The notes below the pieces were generated by a model. The model saw only the letters and a list, made by a program, of their open reading frames with translations, was not told the origin of the DNA and did no database searches. From Chthonomonadales bacterium (GTDB lineage: Bacteria > Armatimonadota > Chthonomonadetes > Chthonomonadales > Chthonomonadaceae), in NCBI GenBank assembly GCA_038217285.1, contig JBBQPO010000085.1, forward strand, positions 1 to 20,707: a DNA stretch of 20,707 nt, given 5' to 3'. Position numbers and translations under genes: made by a program. Shown in pieces: positions 8,892 to 17,515 of the stretch. Within the stretch, counting starts at the first letter, position 1, and the number at the start of each line of letters is the position of its first letter.

Positions 8892-8969
8892 GGAGCGCTT
8901 CGCTCCGCTCCGGGCCGGTGCAGGGAACTGCACCGGCCCTTCGCCTCGCCTGTTTTCAGGGGCGGGGCG
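8892..8969 (+). terminator. Cluster of three hairpins, probable terminator or REP-like structure
   Basis: ggagcg-ctt-cgctcc (8892-8906); perfect 12-bp gggccggtgcag-ggaa-ctgcaccggccc (8912-8939); cgcctcgcc...ggcggggcg (8942-8969). Confidence 0.55.
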
Positions 8970-8979
8970 CGGGCGAGCA

Positions 8980-8988
8980 TGGTATAAT
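8980..8988 (+). promoter_or_regulatory. Extended -10 promoter of cimA
   Basis: TG-G-TATAAT is a perfect TGn-TATAAT, about 155 nt upstream of the cimA start. Confidence 0.65.
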
Positions 8989-9143
8989 AGGGATCGCATC
9001 CGGTAGTCGTTTCGTTCTCTGTTGGGAACGCTGTGGTCACGCTGCTTACCGGCTCCGATACGCCGGGTGTATGCCCGCGTGTACCCGCTCGAAGCAGTCG
9101 GGTGCGCGCATAAATTATAGACGTGAGAGAAAGGAACTCCCCG

Positions 9144-10733
9144 GTGAAGACGCCAGACGACCAGCGACAGCGCATCGAAATCTACGACACGACCCTCCGC
9201 GACGGTTCGCAGGGTGAAGGCATTTCCTACAGTGTCGAGGACAAGATTCGCATTGCGCGACGCCTCGATGAGTTCGGTATGGACTATATCGAGGGCGGAT
9301 GGCCTGGCTCCAACCCGAAGGACGAAGAGTTTTTTGAGCGGATGAAGTCGGTCAAACTGCGCCACGCCCGCTTGGCGGCCTTTGGCAGCACCCGTCGGCC
9401 CGATGTCCGCGCCGAAGACGACGCGCAGGTGCAGAAACTGCTGGCGGCAGCGACGCCCGTCGTCACGATCGTCGGAAAGTCGTGGGACGTGCATGTCACG
9501 GTCGCGCTCAAGACCACTCTGGAAGAGAACCTCCGCATGATCGCCGATACGGTACACTACCTCAAACAGCAGGGCAAGACCGTTATTTTCGATCCCGAGC
9601 ACTTCTTCGACGGCTACAAACAGAATCCCGACTATACGCTGCGATGCCTGCGCGAGGCTGCCAACGCCGGGGCGGATCGCCTGGTGTTGTGCGATACCAA
9701 CGGCGGCACGCTGCCGCATGAACTCGCAGAGATCGTGCGGACGGTGCACGGACTGTTTTCGGAGACGCCGCTGGGCATCCATACGCACAACGACGCGCAG
9801 TGCGGCGTCGCAAACGCGCTGGCAGCGATCCGCGAAGGCGCGATCCAGGTGCAGGGCACGGTCAATGGCTATGGCGAGCGGTGCGGCAACTGCGACCTGA
9901 TCCCGGTGATTGCGGCGCTGCGGCTGAAGCTCGGCTACGACTGCCTGCTGCCCGACTCGGTAGAGCATCTGACCGGGCTGTCGCAGTATGTGGACGAAGT
10001 GGCGAACCTGACGCCCGACACGCGCCGCCCCTATGTCGGTAAGAGCGCGTTCGCGCACAAGGGCGGTCTGCACACCGACGCGGTGCTGAAGGGCGCGAGC
10101 TACGAGCATATCGAGCCGGAACTGGTCGGCAATGTGCGTCGTATCCTCGTCTCCGAGCTGGCGGGCGGCAGCAGCATCGCGAGCAAAGCCTCTGAGTTCG
10201 GATTCGCGCTCGACCGCAAGTCACCGGAAGCGCGGGCGCTGCTGAAGCTCATCACAGAGCGGGAGCATGAGGGCTACTCTTATGAGGGCGCGGAAGGGTC
10301 GTTCGAGCTGCTGATGAAGCAGTCGGTCGGCACCTACCGCCGCCTCTTCGAGCTTAAAGGCTTCCGCTGTATTGTGGAGAAGCGGGGGCATGACGAGGAG
10401 CCGATCACCGAAGCGACCGTCAAGATCCAGGTCGATGGCCAGGATCGGCTGACGGTGGCGGAGGGCGACGGCCCGGTCCACGCGCTGGACAACGCGTTGC
10501 GCAAAGCGCTGATCGAGTTCTATCCGGAACTCGCGCAGATCAAACTTACCGACTTCAAAGTCCGCGTCGTCAACACGCGGGAGGGAACGGCGGCGAAAGT
10601 GCGCGTCATTATCGACAGTGCGGACGGCGAACAGTCGTGGAGCACCATCGGGGTTTCGACGAACGTCATCGAGGCCAGTTGGCTCGCCCTGCTCGACGGC
10701 GTCGTCTACGGTCTGCTGCGCTGCGAGCACTAA
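9144..10733 (+). CDS. cimA: Citramalate synthase (LeuA/CimA family, bacterial CimA type)
   Basis: YDTTLRDGSQGEG, IEGGWPGSNPKD, EHFFDGYK, LCDTNGG, HTHND, GYGERCGN and AFAHKGGLH motifs; C-terminal regulatory domain (AEGDGPVHALDNALRKAL). The GTG at 9144 follows an AAGGA RBS. Confidence 0.93.
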   Translation: MKTPDDQRQRIEIYDTTLRDGSQGEGISYSVEDKIRIARRLDEFGMDYIEGGWPGSNPKDEEFFERMKSVKLRHARLAAFGSTRRPDVRAEDDAQVQKLLAAATPVVTIVGKSWDVHVTVALKTTLEENLRMIADTVHYLKQQGKTVIFDPEHFFDGYKQNPDYTLRCLREAANAGADRLVLCDTNGGTLPHELAEIVRTVHGLFSETPLGIHTHNDAQCGVANALAAIREGAIQVQGTVNGYGERCGNCDLIPVIAALRLKLGYDCLLPDSVEHLTGLSQYVDEVANLTPDTRRPYVGKSAFAHKGGLHTDAVLKGASYEHIEPELVGNVRRILVSELAGGSSIASKASEFGFALDRKSPEARALLKLITEREHEGYSYEGAEGSFELLMKQSVGTYRRLFELKGFRCIVEKRGHDEEPITEATVKIQVDGQDRLTVAEGDGPVHALDNALRKALIEFYPELAQIKLTDFKVRVVNTREGTAAKVRVIIDSADGEQSWSTIGVSTNVIEASWLALLDGVVYGLLRCEH

Positions 10734-10751
10734 CTTACGGAAGAGGAGAAC

Positions 10752-11762
10752 ATGTTGCAACTCGTTAAAACTCTGTCTCGCGGCGGCCCACTGGGCCTTC
10801 TGGCGCTCACCTCCCTTCTCACTACCGGCTGCGCCCGTTCCGTAATCACGACGACGGTTAAACCAGATGGGTCGTTCACGCGCAAGATCGTTTTCCATGC
10901 CCCTGGTTCCGGAGATAAAGGCGCAGCGGGAGCCGTTGCTGGCCCCGGCATGAGCGAGCTGACGGACTCTTTCGATATGCCTGCCGGCGGGCCCTGGAAA
11001 ACAAAACGCGAGAAACTCGAAAATGAGGAGACCTACACGGCGGAGCGCGAGTTGACGCCGGGCAGCGTTCAAAAGAAGGATATCGTCATCAAGAGCGGCG
11101 ATAAGACGAAACCAGGCGTCTTCATGGTCAATGAAGCCACGGTGCGCAGCCTTGGCCCGGGCAAATGGGAGTATCGAGAGACCCTACACTGGACCGGCAA
11201 GGCGCCGAATGTCATGACCACGGTCGACCCGGATATGGCCCTGGCCATCAAAAGCGCCTTGCCTCCGGCCCTTGCGACCGAAACGAACATTCGCCCGATC
11301 GCCCTCGTGCTCAATCGGGAGGTCTGGCATCTGCTCTTCGGGCCGGGCGATCCCCTGATATCGAGTTGGACCCAGTTTATGATGCAGCCGGAAGCCGTCG
11401 AAAGAAAGATGATGGTTCGGATGAGCGGCGGTGTGAACAAAGTGATTGCCGCTCAGTTCGGTGACAAGCTGACGGCCGAACAGCGACGCCTCTATGTCCA
11501 TAAGATCATCAGCAACGTCGTCGCCAGTCTGAACGCAAAGACCACCAAAAGCGCCGATCCTTCCAAAGCCGGTGACAAACCTGACCTCGGGGACGCGGCG
11601 CTGACCGCGCTGACGTTCTCCGTGCGGCTTCCGGGCAAGATCGTGTCCACAAACGGCGAACGTGACGACTTCAACGGTGAGGTCTACTGGTCCGTCTACC
11701 CGCAGGCCGCCGCCCTAGGTGACATCGAAATGACCGCCGTCTGCGACACCAACGCCCAATAA
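10752..11762 (+). CDS. Putative lipoprotein (LppM/DUF3153-like)
   Basis: Lipobox-like LTTG-C27; 'TTVKPDGS' and 'FSVRLPGKIVSTNG' resemble LppM-type beta folds. GAGGAG RBS, 18 nt after cimA. Confidence 0.7.
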   Translation: MLQLVKTLSRGGPLGLLALTSLLTTGCARSVITTTVKPDGSFTRKIVFHAPGSGDKGAAGAVAGPGMSELTDSFDMPAGGPWKTKREKLENEETYTAERELTPGSVQKKDIVIKSGDKTKPGVFMVNEATVRSLGPGKWEYRETLHWTGKAPNVMTTVDPDMALAIKSALPPALATETNIRPIALVLNREVWHLLFGPGDPLISSWTQFMMQPEAVERKMMVRMSGGVNKVIAAQFGDKLTAEQRRLYVHKIISNVVASLNAKTTKSADPSKAGDKPDLGDAALTALTFSVRLPGKIVSTNGERDDFNGEVYWSVYPQAAALGDIEMTAVCDTNAQ

Positions 11763-11870
11763 CTCCCCCCCACGCGGCCTCCTTCGTTCTTGCGAATCTG
11801 TCATCGTAAAGAGATTTCGGGTACACTGAAATGTTCTTTCCGTGATCGAGTGAAGGAGGCTTTTCCCCGC

Positions 11871-13700
11871 ATGGCATACAACCCCGAGAACCCGCTGATC
11901 GTTCAGTCCGACCGCACCGTGATGCTCGAAGTGGACAACCCGCGCTACGAAGAGTGCCGCGACCAGTTGGCCGGTTTCTGCGAACTCATCAAGAGTCCGG
12001 AACATATCCACACCTACCGTCTTACCCCGCTCTCTCTCTGGAATGCGCGCGCAGCGGGTATGTCGGCCGAGGACATGGTGCAGGTTCTGGAGGAGTACTG
12101 CAAGTACGATGTGCCGGGCAATATTCTGCACGATATTCGCGACTATGTGGGCCGCTACGGCCGTTTGAAGCTCTTTATGCGCGATGGCAGCCTCTACCTT
12201 CAGTCCGACGACAACCTGCTCATGACGGAGATCCGGCACAACAAAGCCGTGCAGAAATATCTTATGGGGCCGATCGATGCGCGCACCACTGAGATCGCGC
12301 TGCTGGAGCGCGGGCGGGTGAAGCAGGCGCTGCTCAAGCTCAATTTTCCGGTCGAGGATCTCGCGGGCTACACGCAGGGCGACGCGCTGGAGATCCGCCT
12401 GCGCGAAGTGACGCGAACCGGCAAGCCGTTCCTGCCGCGCCTCTATCAGGAGGACGCCGCTGGAGCGTTCTGGCAGAACGGTTCAGCGACAGGCGGCAGC
12501 GGCGTGCTGGTGTTGCCCTGCGGCGCGGGCAAGACGATCATCGGTATTCAGAGCATGGTCAAGGCGCAGATGATGACGCTCATCATTGTCACCGGCATCA
12601 CGGCGGCGCACCAGTGGCGCGACGAAATTCTGGACAAGACCAACCTCTCCGCCGATCTGATCGGCGAATACAGCGGGGAGCGTAAAGAGATCAAGCCCGT
12701 CACGATCGCCACCTATCAGGTACTGACGGCCCGACGTGACCCCAACAGGGTGCGGAAGGGCAAGAAGGGCGTCGTGGAAGCCATTGAGGCGCTGGAGCCC
12801 GTCGAGGAGTTCGCGGAGGAGGAGACGGACACCTGGGAAGAGGCGGCTGTGCTGGGCAAGGATACGAAGCAGCAGGCGGAGGGCTACCTGAACCTCGACC
12901 TGTTCAACCGCCAGAACTGGGGCCTGATCATCTACGATGAGGTACACTTGCTGCCCGCGCCGGTCTTCCGTATCACAGCCGAGATTCAGGCGCGCCGACG
13001 ACTGGGCCTGACGGCGACGCTGGTGCGGGAAGATGGGCGCGAGGACGACGTGTTCTCGCTGATCGGGCCGAAAAAGGCTGATGTGCCCTGGAAGGTTCTG
13101 GAGAAACAGGGCTGGATCGCCACCGCCCTCTGCACCGAGGTTCGGGTTCCGCTCGCCGACGACAATCGCCTGGAGTATGCCATCGCCGACCCGCGCGAGA
13201 AGTTTCGGCTCTCCTCTTGCAATCCACGCAAGGAGGAGGTGATTGCGGCGTTATTCGAGAAGCATCGCGACGACAACGTGCTGGTCATCGGGCAGTATCT
13301 GGATCAGTTGGAGAGCATCACCCAGCGGTTCGACGCGCCGGTCATCACCGGGAAGACGCCGCAACGGGAGCGGGAAAGGATCTACGATCTGTTCCGCAGA
13401 GGGGAGATTAAGCGCCTGATCGTCTCGAAGGTCGCCAACTTCTCCATCGACCTGCCGGACGCCAATGTCGCCATTCAGGTCTCGGGCACGTTCGGCTCGC
13501 GACAGGAAGAGGCGCAGCGTCTGGGACGCATTCTACGGCCGAAAACGGATGGCAGCATCGCCCACTTCTATGCGTTGGTGACCAAGGAGACCCGGGATCA
13601 GGAGTTCGCCACGCATCGGCAACTGTTTCTGACCGAACAGGGCTACCGCTACGAGATCATCGATGCGGAGACGCTGTTGGAACAGATCGCCGCCCGCTGA
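11871..13700 (+). CDS. xpb: Bacterial XPB/Rad25-like SF2 DNA repair helicase
   Basis: N-terminal NPLIVQSDRTVMLEV...ELIKSPEHIHTYRLTPLSLWNA; Walker A LPCGAGKT; DEVH; GLTAT; RED motif (LVREDG); QRLGRILR. AAGGAGG RBS before the ATG at 11871. Confidence 0.95.
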   Translation: MAYNPENPLIVQSDRTVMLEVDNPRYEECRDQLAGFCELIKSPEHIHTYRLTPLSLWNARAAGMSAEDMVQVLEEYCKYDVPGNILHDIRDYVGRYGRLKLFMRDGSLYLQSDDNLLMTEIRHNKAVQKYLMGPIDARTTEIALLERGRVKQALLKLNFPVEDLAGYTQGDALEIRLREVTRTGKPFLPRLYQEDAAGAFWQNGSATGGSGVLVLPCGAGKTIIGIQSMVKAQMMTLIIVTGITAAHQWRDEILDKTNLSADLIGEYSGERKEIKPVTIATYQVLTARRDPNRVRKGKKGVVEAIEALEPVEEFAEEETDTWEEAAVLGKDTKQQAEGYLNLDLFNRQNWGLIIYDEVHLLPAPVFRITAEIQARRRLGLTATLVREDGREDDVFSLIGPKKADVPWKVLEKQGWIATALCTEVRVPLADDNRLEYAIADPREKFRLSSCNPRKEEVIAALFEKHRDDNVLVIGQYLDQLESITQRFDAPVITGKTPQRERERIYDLFRRGEIKRLIVSKVANFSIDLPDANVAIQVSGTFGSRQEEAQRLGRILRPKTDGSIAHFYALVTKETRDQEFATHRQLFLTEQGYRYEIIDAETLLEQIAAR

Positions 13701-13706
13701 AGCGGT

Positions 13707-14516
13707 TCAGGCGCCTTTGGAAGCAGCGATGGTGAGAGTGCCGCGCAAAACGGTCACGGCCTGACCGCCGAGCAACACACGCTCGCCCCGCACGCTGACG
13801 CGGACGAGGCCGCCGCGCGGTGAGGCCTGGAAGGCGATCAGCTCTGTCTTGTTCAGGCGGGAGCTCCAGAACGGGCCGAGGCAGCAGTGGGCGGAGCCGG
13901 TGACGGGGTCTTCTGGGATGCCGCACTGGGGGGCGAAGAAGCGGGAGACGAAATCGAAATCGGGACTGTCGGCCCGCGCGGTGACGATGACGCCGCGCAC
14001 GGGCAGCAGGGCGAGCTGCGCGAAATCGGGTTTGAGCGCCCGTACTGCGGCCTCGTCCTCCAGTTCCGCGATAAGATCGAAGCGGTTCTTGCCGAGATAC
14101 CGGGGTCTGGCCCCGAGCGCCGCAAAGAGGGTTAGTGAAGGGGCAGTCTCCGCCTCCCGTTCGGCAGGAAAGTCGAGTTCGATCCAGTCGCCTCGACGCT
14201 CGGCGGTGAGCAGACCGCTCCGCGTATAGAATCGCGCCTGCGCATCAGGCGCAAGGCGGTTCGTCTCCCACAGAATGTGGGCTGCAGCCAGCGTAGCATG
14301 CCCACACAGATCGACCTCCAGAAGCGGCGTGAGCCAACGCAGATTCCAGCCGTCGTCCTGCGGCAGGAGAAAGGCGGTCTCGGCAAGATTCATCTCCGCC
14401 GCTACATTCTGCATCCAGACATCGGAGCGCGGCGCGTCTATGGGGCAGACAGCGGCAGGATTGCCTGCGAACGGACGGTCCGTGAAGGCATCGACTTGAT
14501 AGATCGGTTGTTCCAT
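13707..14516 (-). CDS. PhzF family phenazine-biosynthesis-like isomerase
   Basis: QVDAFT..PFAGNPAAV, EMNLAETAF, EVDLCGHATLA and EDPVTGSAH motifs. The ATG at 14516 has a GGAGGGAG RBS. Confidence 0.93.
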   Translation of the reverse strand: MEQPIYQVDAFTDRPFAGNPAAVCPIDAPRSDVWMQNVAAEMNLAETAFLLPQDDGWNLRWLTPLLEVDLCGHATLAAAHILWETNRLAPDAQARFYTRSGLLTAERRGDWIELDFPAEREAETAPSLTLFAALGARPRYLGKNRFDLIAELEDEAAVRALKPDFAQLALLPVRGVIVTARADSPDFDFVSRFFAPQCGIPEDPVTGSAHCCLGPFWSSRLNKTELIAFQASPRGGLVRVSVRGERVLLGGQAVTVLRGTLTIAASKGA

Positions 14517-14718
14517 ACTCCCTCCGACAGTTCCCGTAATGCAAAGGTTGCAAGCGCTCACTTCATTGTACAGTATACGACGGATCACGACGCTTTTCTG
14601 GACGGGCCATTCGTAGAATCTGGTAGAGACAGAGCGCGGGGAAATAGATTGAGAAAAAACGCACAATGTCGGTTTGTGAGGTACAATTGTACAGAAGGGT
14701 TGGTAGGGAGTGAGGCGT

Positions 14719-15672
14719 ATGAACAGGCAGCGGTTCTCCCGGTACGTCTGGGGAGTTCTGGTCTATAATCTGGTGGTTATTCTCTGGGGCGCGTATGTGC
14801 GGGTCTCTTTTTCGGGGGACGGCTGCGGCGCGCACTGGCCGGATTGCGGCAAGGTGTTGACGGTTGTCGCGACTCACGCCCCCGTCATCGAGTTCGCGCA
14901 TCGCCTTTCCACTGGGCTGGTCATCCCGCTGATCATCACACAACTGTTTTTTGCCTTCCGCATTTTTCCGAAGGGGCATATGGCCCGGGTCGGATCGGTG
15001 GCCTGCTTTGCATTCACGTTTTCCGAGGCCCTTCTCGGAGCGCTGTTGGTGCTGTACAAACTGGTCGCCCACAATCCTTCCGCCTATCGCGCTCTCGCTG
15101 GCTCGACGCATCTGATCAACACATTTTTCCTGATCGCCTCTTTGACACTGACGGCTTGGTGGAGCGAAGGAAATCCGCCTATGCGTCTGCGCGGTCAGGG
15201 GGCGGTGGCGCCCGCCCTTGGCGTGCTGATGATCGCTGCGCTCTTTGTGGGTGTCAGCGGCCATATCGCGGCGCTTGGGGACATGCTCTTTCCTGCCAAC
15301 ACGCTGGTGGAAGGGATTCGCGCCGACTTTTCGCCTACCGGCAGTTTTCTGCAACACCTGCGGCCGTACCACCCGTTTCTCTCGGTGGCTCTCGGTATCT
15401 ATGCGATCCTGCTCAGCCGCGTGATCGGCCGACAGCGTCCGGAATTTCAGTCACCGCGCTTCGCGCGCTATTGCGTCTGGCTGTTCGTGATACAGATTGC
15501 AGCCGGATTTTTGAACCTGTTTCTCAATGCGCCGATCTGGATGCAGATCGTGCATCTGTTTCTCGCCGACCTGCTCTGGATCGATCTGATCCTGCTGTCG
15601 GCTGCTGCCCTGGGGCAGTCTCTGTCCGTCCCGTCCGTCACGCCTCTCGGCAATGAGGTTCCTGTCTCATGA
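14719..15672 (+). CDS. ctaA: Heme A synthase (COX15/CtaA)
   Basis: GAYVR...SGDGCGAHWPDC loop; EFAHR; four conserved His (AHR, THL, YHP, VHL); about 8 TM helices. Confidence 0.9.
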   Translation: MNRQRFSRYVWGVLVYNLVVILWGAYVRVSFSGDGCGAHWPDCGKVLTVVATHAPVIEFAHRLSTGLVIPLIITQLFFAFRIFPKGHMARVGSVACFAFTFSEALLGALLVLYKLVAHNPSAYRALAGSTHLINTFFLIASLTLTAWWSEGNPPMRLRGQGAVAPALGVLMIAALFVGVSGHIAALGDMLFPANTLVEGIRADFSPTGSFLQHLRPYHPFLSVALGIYAILLSRVIGRQRPEFQSPRFARYCVWLFVIQIAAGFLNLFLNAPIWMQIVHLFLADLLWIDLILLSAAALGQSLSVPSVTPLGNEVPVS

Positions 15673-16595
15673 ATGTTCCGCTGGCCACGAAGGCCCTGCC
15701 CACAACCGCGACATGGCGCGACTATCTCGCGCTGACGAAGCCGCGCATCATCAGCCTACTGCTCTTCACGACGCTGACAGCGATGTTTATCGCCGCCGAC
15801 GCGCAGCACCGGGTGACGCCTCTGCTGTTTCTGGCGGTAGCGCTAGGCGGCTATATGGCGGCGGGCGCGGCGAACACACTGAACATGATCTACGACCGCG
15901 ACATCGACGAGCGGATGAAGCGCACCGCCAACCGTCCGACAGTCACGCAGACGATCTCGGTAAACCAGGCGCTGGCGTTCGCCATCGCGCTTATCATCGG
16001 CGCGTGCGCGCTGCTCTGGGGGTTCGCGAACCTGCTGACTGCTCTGCTCTCGATGGCGGGCCTGGCCTTCTACGTCGTGGTCTACACCATGCTCCTGAAG
16101 CGTCGCACCCGGCACAATATCGTCATCGGCGGCGCGGCGGGCGCCTTTCCGCCGTTGGTCGGTTGGGCGGCCGTGGCCGGTCATCTCAGCCCCATGGCCT
16201 GGCTGCTCTTTGCCATCATCTTCGTCTGGACCCCCGCGCACTTCTGGGCGCTGGCGCTCCTCATCAAAGACGACTATGCCGAAGTCGGCATCCCGATGCT
16301 TCCGGTCGTCCGCGGCGCGCAGGTGACCGTGACACAGATCGTCGGCTACACCCTGCTGACCATCGTCACGACCCTGATGCCTCTCGCGCTCCACACCACC
16401 GGCGCGATCTATCTGGTCGCCGCCGCCCTCCTGAACGCCACCTTCCTCTTTTACAATCTCAAACTCTACTTCAAACCCGAGCGTCCCCAGGCCATGGCCG
16501 CCTTCCACTTCTCCATGATCTACCTCGCCCTGCTCTTCCTAATGCTCGCCATAGACCGCTCGCTCCACCTCTCATTCCCAGCCTATTTCGTGTAG
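15669..16595 (+). CDS. ctaB: Protoheme IX farnesyltransferase (heme O synthase)
   Basis: LTKPRI, NMIYDRDID..MKRTANRP, YT.LLKRRT..NIVIGGAAGA.PPL.GW and WTPAHFWALA...DDY motifs; ATGA overlap with ctaA. Confidence 0.96.
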   Translation: MNVPLATKALPTTATWRDYLALTKPRIISLLLFTTLTAMFIAADAQHRVTPLLFLAVALGGYMAAGAANTLNMIYDRDIDERMKRTANRPTVTQTISVNQALAFAIALIIGACALLWGFANLLTALLSMAGLAFYVVVYTMLLKRRTRHNIVIGGAAGAFPPLVGWAAVAGHLSPMAWLLFAIIFVWTPAHFWALALLIKDDYAEVGIPMLPVVRGAQVTVTQIVGYTLLTIVTTLMPLALHTTGAIYLVAAALLNATFLFYNLKLYFKPERPQAMAAFHFSMIYLALLFLMLAIDRSLHLSFPAYFV

Positions 16596-16683
16596 ATCCA
16601 TACTAAACGATGATGGGGAACCCTCGTAGTTATATGCCCGTAGGTTAAATTAGGTGTGATATTCGCACATTGAAAGGGAAAGA

Positions 16684-17055
16684 ATGGACACGTGGCAGCA
16701 ACTTAGCAAAGATGCGCTTCGGGCAGCCGAAATCTTGCTTCGCGAAGGACGTTTTCGAATCAGCGTCAGTCGCTCTTATTATGCAGCGTACTGTGCGGCA
16801 ACGGGCGAAATAGCGAAGACAGTGTCTCGATTTCAGTATAACTGGAATAATCCTCCTCATGAGAAGGTTCCAAACTACGTTCAAAACAACTTGGCCCTTT
16901 CTCAGGATAAGAAAGATGCAATCTCGAAGCTGATCAATACCCTACGTAACTTTCGTCTCGACGCCGACTACAGACCAGGAGTGTTAGTGGACGAGCAAAT
17001 AGCTCGTGACTGCGTTCGCGATGCCGGTGCAGTGCAGAAAGAATTTTGGGGATAA
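16684..17055 (+). CDS. HEPN domain protein (UPF0332-like, RX4Y type)
   Basis: 'ALRAAEILL..G....SVSRSYYAAY.A', central H (PPHEKV) and C-terminal 'R..RLDADY...A..CV.DA'. Visibly AT-richer than the flanks. Confidence 0.85.
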   Translation: MDTWQQLSKDALRAAEILLREGRFRISVSRSYYAAYCAATGEIAKTVSRFQYNWNNPPHEKVPNYVQNNLALSQDKKDAISKLINTLRNFRLDADYRPGVLVDEQIARDCVRDAGAVQKEFWG

Positions 17056-17059
17056 AGAG

Positions 17060-17311
17060 ATGAATACTCCAGAGCAAACAGTTATCGAGGCCGTTCGCAA
17101 ACATATAGCCGGACGAAAGCCGGGAGGAGCAACGCTGGAAGTGTTGACTGAGGGCATTCGTCAAGACCAGGACTGGTGGTATGTTCCTATTAGGCCAAGC
17201 GTTCAGCCCGTAAAGCGCTACGAATATTATGAGACGTTAGCGGAGGTGGAAACCGAATTACAAAAGTCGGAGAATCTTACGGTTCTCCTCATACCGGCTT
17301 TACCGACGTAA
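17060..17311 (+). CDS. Small HEPN-partner protein (83 aa), probable degenerate MNT-fold antitoxin
   Basis: ATG 4 nt after the HEPN stop; same low-GC composition; alpha-beta-beta-alpha-beta pattern; no GS or DxD motif. Confidence 0.65.
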   Translation: MNTPEQTVIEAVRKHIAGRKPGGATLEVLTEGIRQDQDWWYVPIRPSVQPVKRYEYYETLAEVETELQKSENLTVLLIPALPT

Positions 17312-17397
17312 TGTTTTGTAAAGCAACCTGGTCAGTTTTTCCATAGGGCAGTCCTCCATCCGTGTTCGTGCAGGACAGGAGACGAGCCGCAAGATTT

Positions 17398-17432
17398 GGG
17401 GTGATCCTGCAATAGGGGTCGCCCCTATTTTT
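17398..17432 (+). terminator. Intrinsic terminator downstream of the HEPN operon
   Basis: ggggtgatcct...ggggtcgcccc (or the alternative aatagggg-tcg-cccctatt) followed by a T-run. Confidence 0.65.
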
Positions 17433-17515
17433 CTCCTGTGTTCTTCCCCAACTCCCATCGGCTTCTAATTGAGTCACGTATAACACAGGAGGAAAGCCAC
17501 CGCGAGGGAGTATGC

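Noticed and set aside
8889..10109. 406-aa - strand ORF
   Set aside because: Antisense shadow of cimA.
12738..12878. Intein in XPB
   Set aside because: Too short; lacks the N-terminal Cys/Ser and C-terminal His-Asn.
13707..14516. Phenazine biosynthesis cluster
   Set aside because: Stand-alone PhzF-like gene with no other phz genes nearby.
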